From: Nitrospirota bacterium
Lineage (GTDB): Bacteria > Nitrospirota > UBA9217
Direction: 5' to 3'
Assembly (NCBI GenBank): GCA_963818475.1
Contig: CAWFSF010000001.1
Coordinates: forward strand, 256,001 to 320,000
DNA: 64,000 bases
Within the stretch, counting starts at the first letter, position 1. Every line of letters starts with the position of its first letter. Under the pieces are notes generated by a model that saw only the letters and a list, made by a program, of their open reading frames with translations, was not told where the DNA came from and made no database searches. Both the position numbers and the translations under genes were made by a program. This document shows positions 62,756 through 64,000 of the stretch, one piece after another.

Positions 62756-63392
62756 TTAGAAATACTGCGCTCCCGCCTCCAGGTCCTTCGCCTTCAGCAC
62801 CAGGGTCTGGCCGTCGGTCGTCTTGTTGATCGGGATCGGATTGCAGCCGCCTGTCACCTTGCCGATCTCGGCAGGCGTGAATCCCATGCCGCAGTTGTTG
62901 CAGACCACGGAGCCGCCTTCCTGCCGGTACCCCAGCTTGGCATGATTGCAGGCAACACAGGCGTCAAAGGCCGTCCGGATGCTGCCGTCCGCGGCCTTCA
63001 TCACGAAAAAGGTGATCGTCTTTCCGCCCGCGGCATAGGAGTAAGAAGTGCGCGTTGCCGTCCTGCACGTCCGCCAGTGCGATCTTCACCTCGCCGCCCT
63101 GCTCGGTCACGGGTGCGGCCGGACGTTCGCGCTGAGGCGTCCCGCTGCGGAGCGAACTGGGATGCTTGCCCATGCCTTTTGCGCGGACGTCCTTGAACAG
63201 CAGGCCGCCGACGACCACGAGCACGACGATTGAGGCGATCACGGCCGGCTTTACCCAGGTCCGTTCCTGTGACATGACGCGCGCCTTCTTGTCGTTCAGC
63301 GAGGCAGCAGATCCTGAAAGATCGCTCCCGCAGGATTTACAGAACTTCGATTGTTCCTTCATTTGTTTTCCGCATTTGCCGCACTTGTTCAT
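62756..63392 (-). CDS. DUF2318-type Cys-rich (putative Fe-S) membrane protein with Zn-ribbon (frameshift near 63040)
   Basis: CGKC...CKSC; AFDACVAC...VCNNCG...GGCNPIP. Confidence 0.8.
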
Positions 63393-63407
63393 TTCATATT
63401 CTCCTTT

Positions 63408-64000
63408 TTACAGTTCGGTTATGCTCCCATTCTGGTACCTGCAGGGAGGCGATGCTCTTGTTGTCCTTTACGATGTCCACCTGGACGTGGCAGCCGAAGT
63501 CCGTCAGCTTTGCGGACACGCTGTCCGCTCCATGCTTGTCCTGCCAGTACTTGAGGCCGGCTGCTTCAGCCGCTTTTGACTGGTCTTTTGGCTGGCCTGA
63601 CGTTGCTGCCGGACCCTTGGTCTTGCAGCACGGGCCTGCTGGCACGGACTGTTTCTGCTGCTGTTGCGCCTGCCATGCTGCAGCCGCCTCCGCATCCGGC
63701 TTTGCTCGCCGCATCCTGCGGCGCTGCCGTTCTCGGCCAGCGCGATCCGGATCGTGGACTCTACCCGATATATTCCTGGAGCCAGTTGTTGACCGCAGCG
63801 CGCGCAGTCATCGGATCGGCCCCGGACGGTACGACCTTCTCGGTGATGAATTTCCTGATCAGCAGGTCGCGCTCCAGAGCGCGCTCGAAAGCGGCCTCAC
63901 TGCCGTACTGCGACTGCATTTCTTTTTCGAACGCTTTTTCATCAAGGCCGGATGCGGACCGCGCTGATGCGATCGCGCCGTCGACCTCATCACGGGAAAC
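63408..64000 (-). CDS. SurA N-terminal-like protein with Cys-rich linker, partial and frameshifted
   Basis: VSRDEVD...FERALERDLLIRKF; GPCC; TDFGCHVQVDI. Confidence 0.55.

Noticed and set aside
16453-64000. Mass pseudogenisation or programmed frameshifting (pepN, kinase, CFI-box, Rhs, ABC cluster)
   Set aside because: Scattered and sometimes compensating single-base indels in otherwise intact genes fit long-read errors better. Read polishing would decide.
1-64000. tRNA or rRNA genes
   Set aside because: No cloverleaf or rRNA signature was recognised.

Overview
This is a 64 kb bacterial chromosomal window. The housekeeping genes (pepN, ahbD, uppP, nagA, ampG-like MFS, RNB ribonuclease, RuBisCO-like protein, octaheme cytochrome, PAS kinases/DGC) suggest an anaerobic Nitrospirota/Desulfobacterota-like organism (inference). 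Many single-base frameshifts in otherwise intact genes point to an unpolished long-read assembly. The main accessory region (3.9-14.2 kb) holds integron-type gene cassettes with five attC sites but no integrase in the window. The array starts at a non-attC site preceded by four 18-bp palindromic boxes. It is split in two by an HUH/RAYT-type transposase with 29-bp inverted ends, next to a ~865-bp diverged duplication of the carbonic anhydrase 3' part and the array end site. This layout fits integration of an HUH-made circle carrying cassettes. The RAYT end motif GTCCCCARGAT recurs at other breakpoints in the window. Other accessory features are a HigB-HigA-SecB (TAC) module, three more toxin-antitoxin-like pairs, a Sec-signal Rhs/adhesin/fibre locus, a 3.08-kb TG...CA element with two DDE enzymes and a 3-bp target duplication, and several REP/MITE-like repeat families. 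All calls come from reading motifs; no database searches were run.
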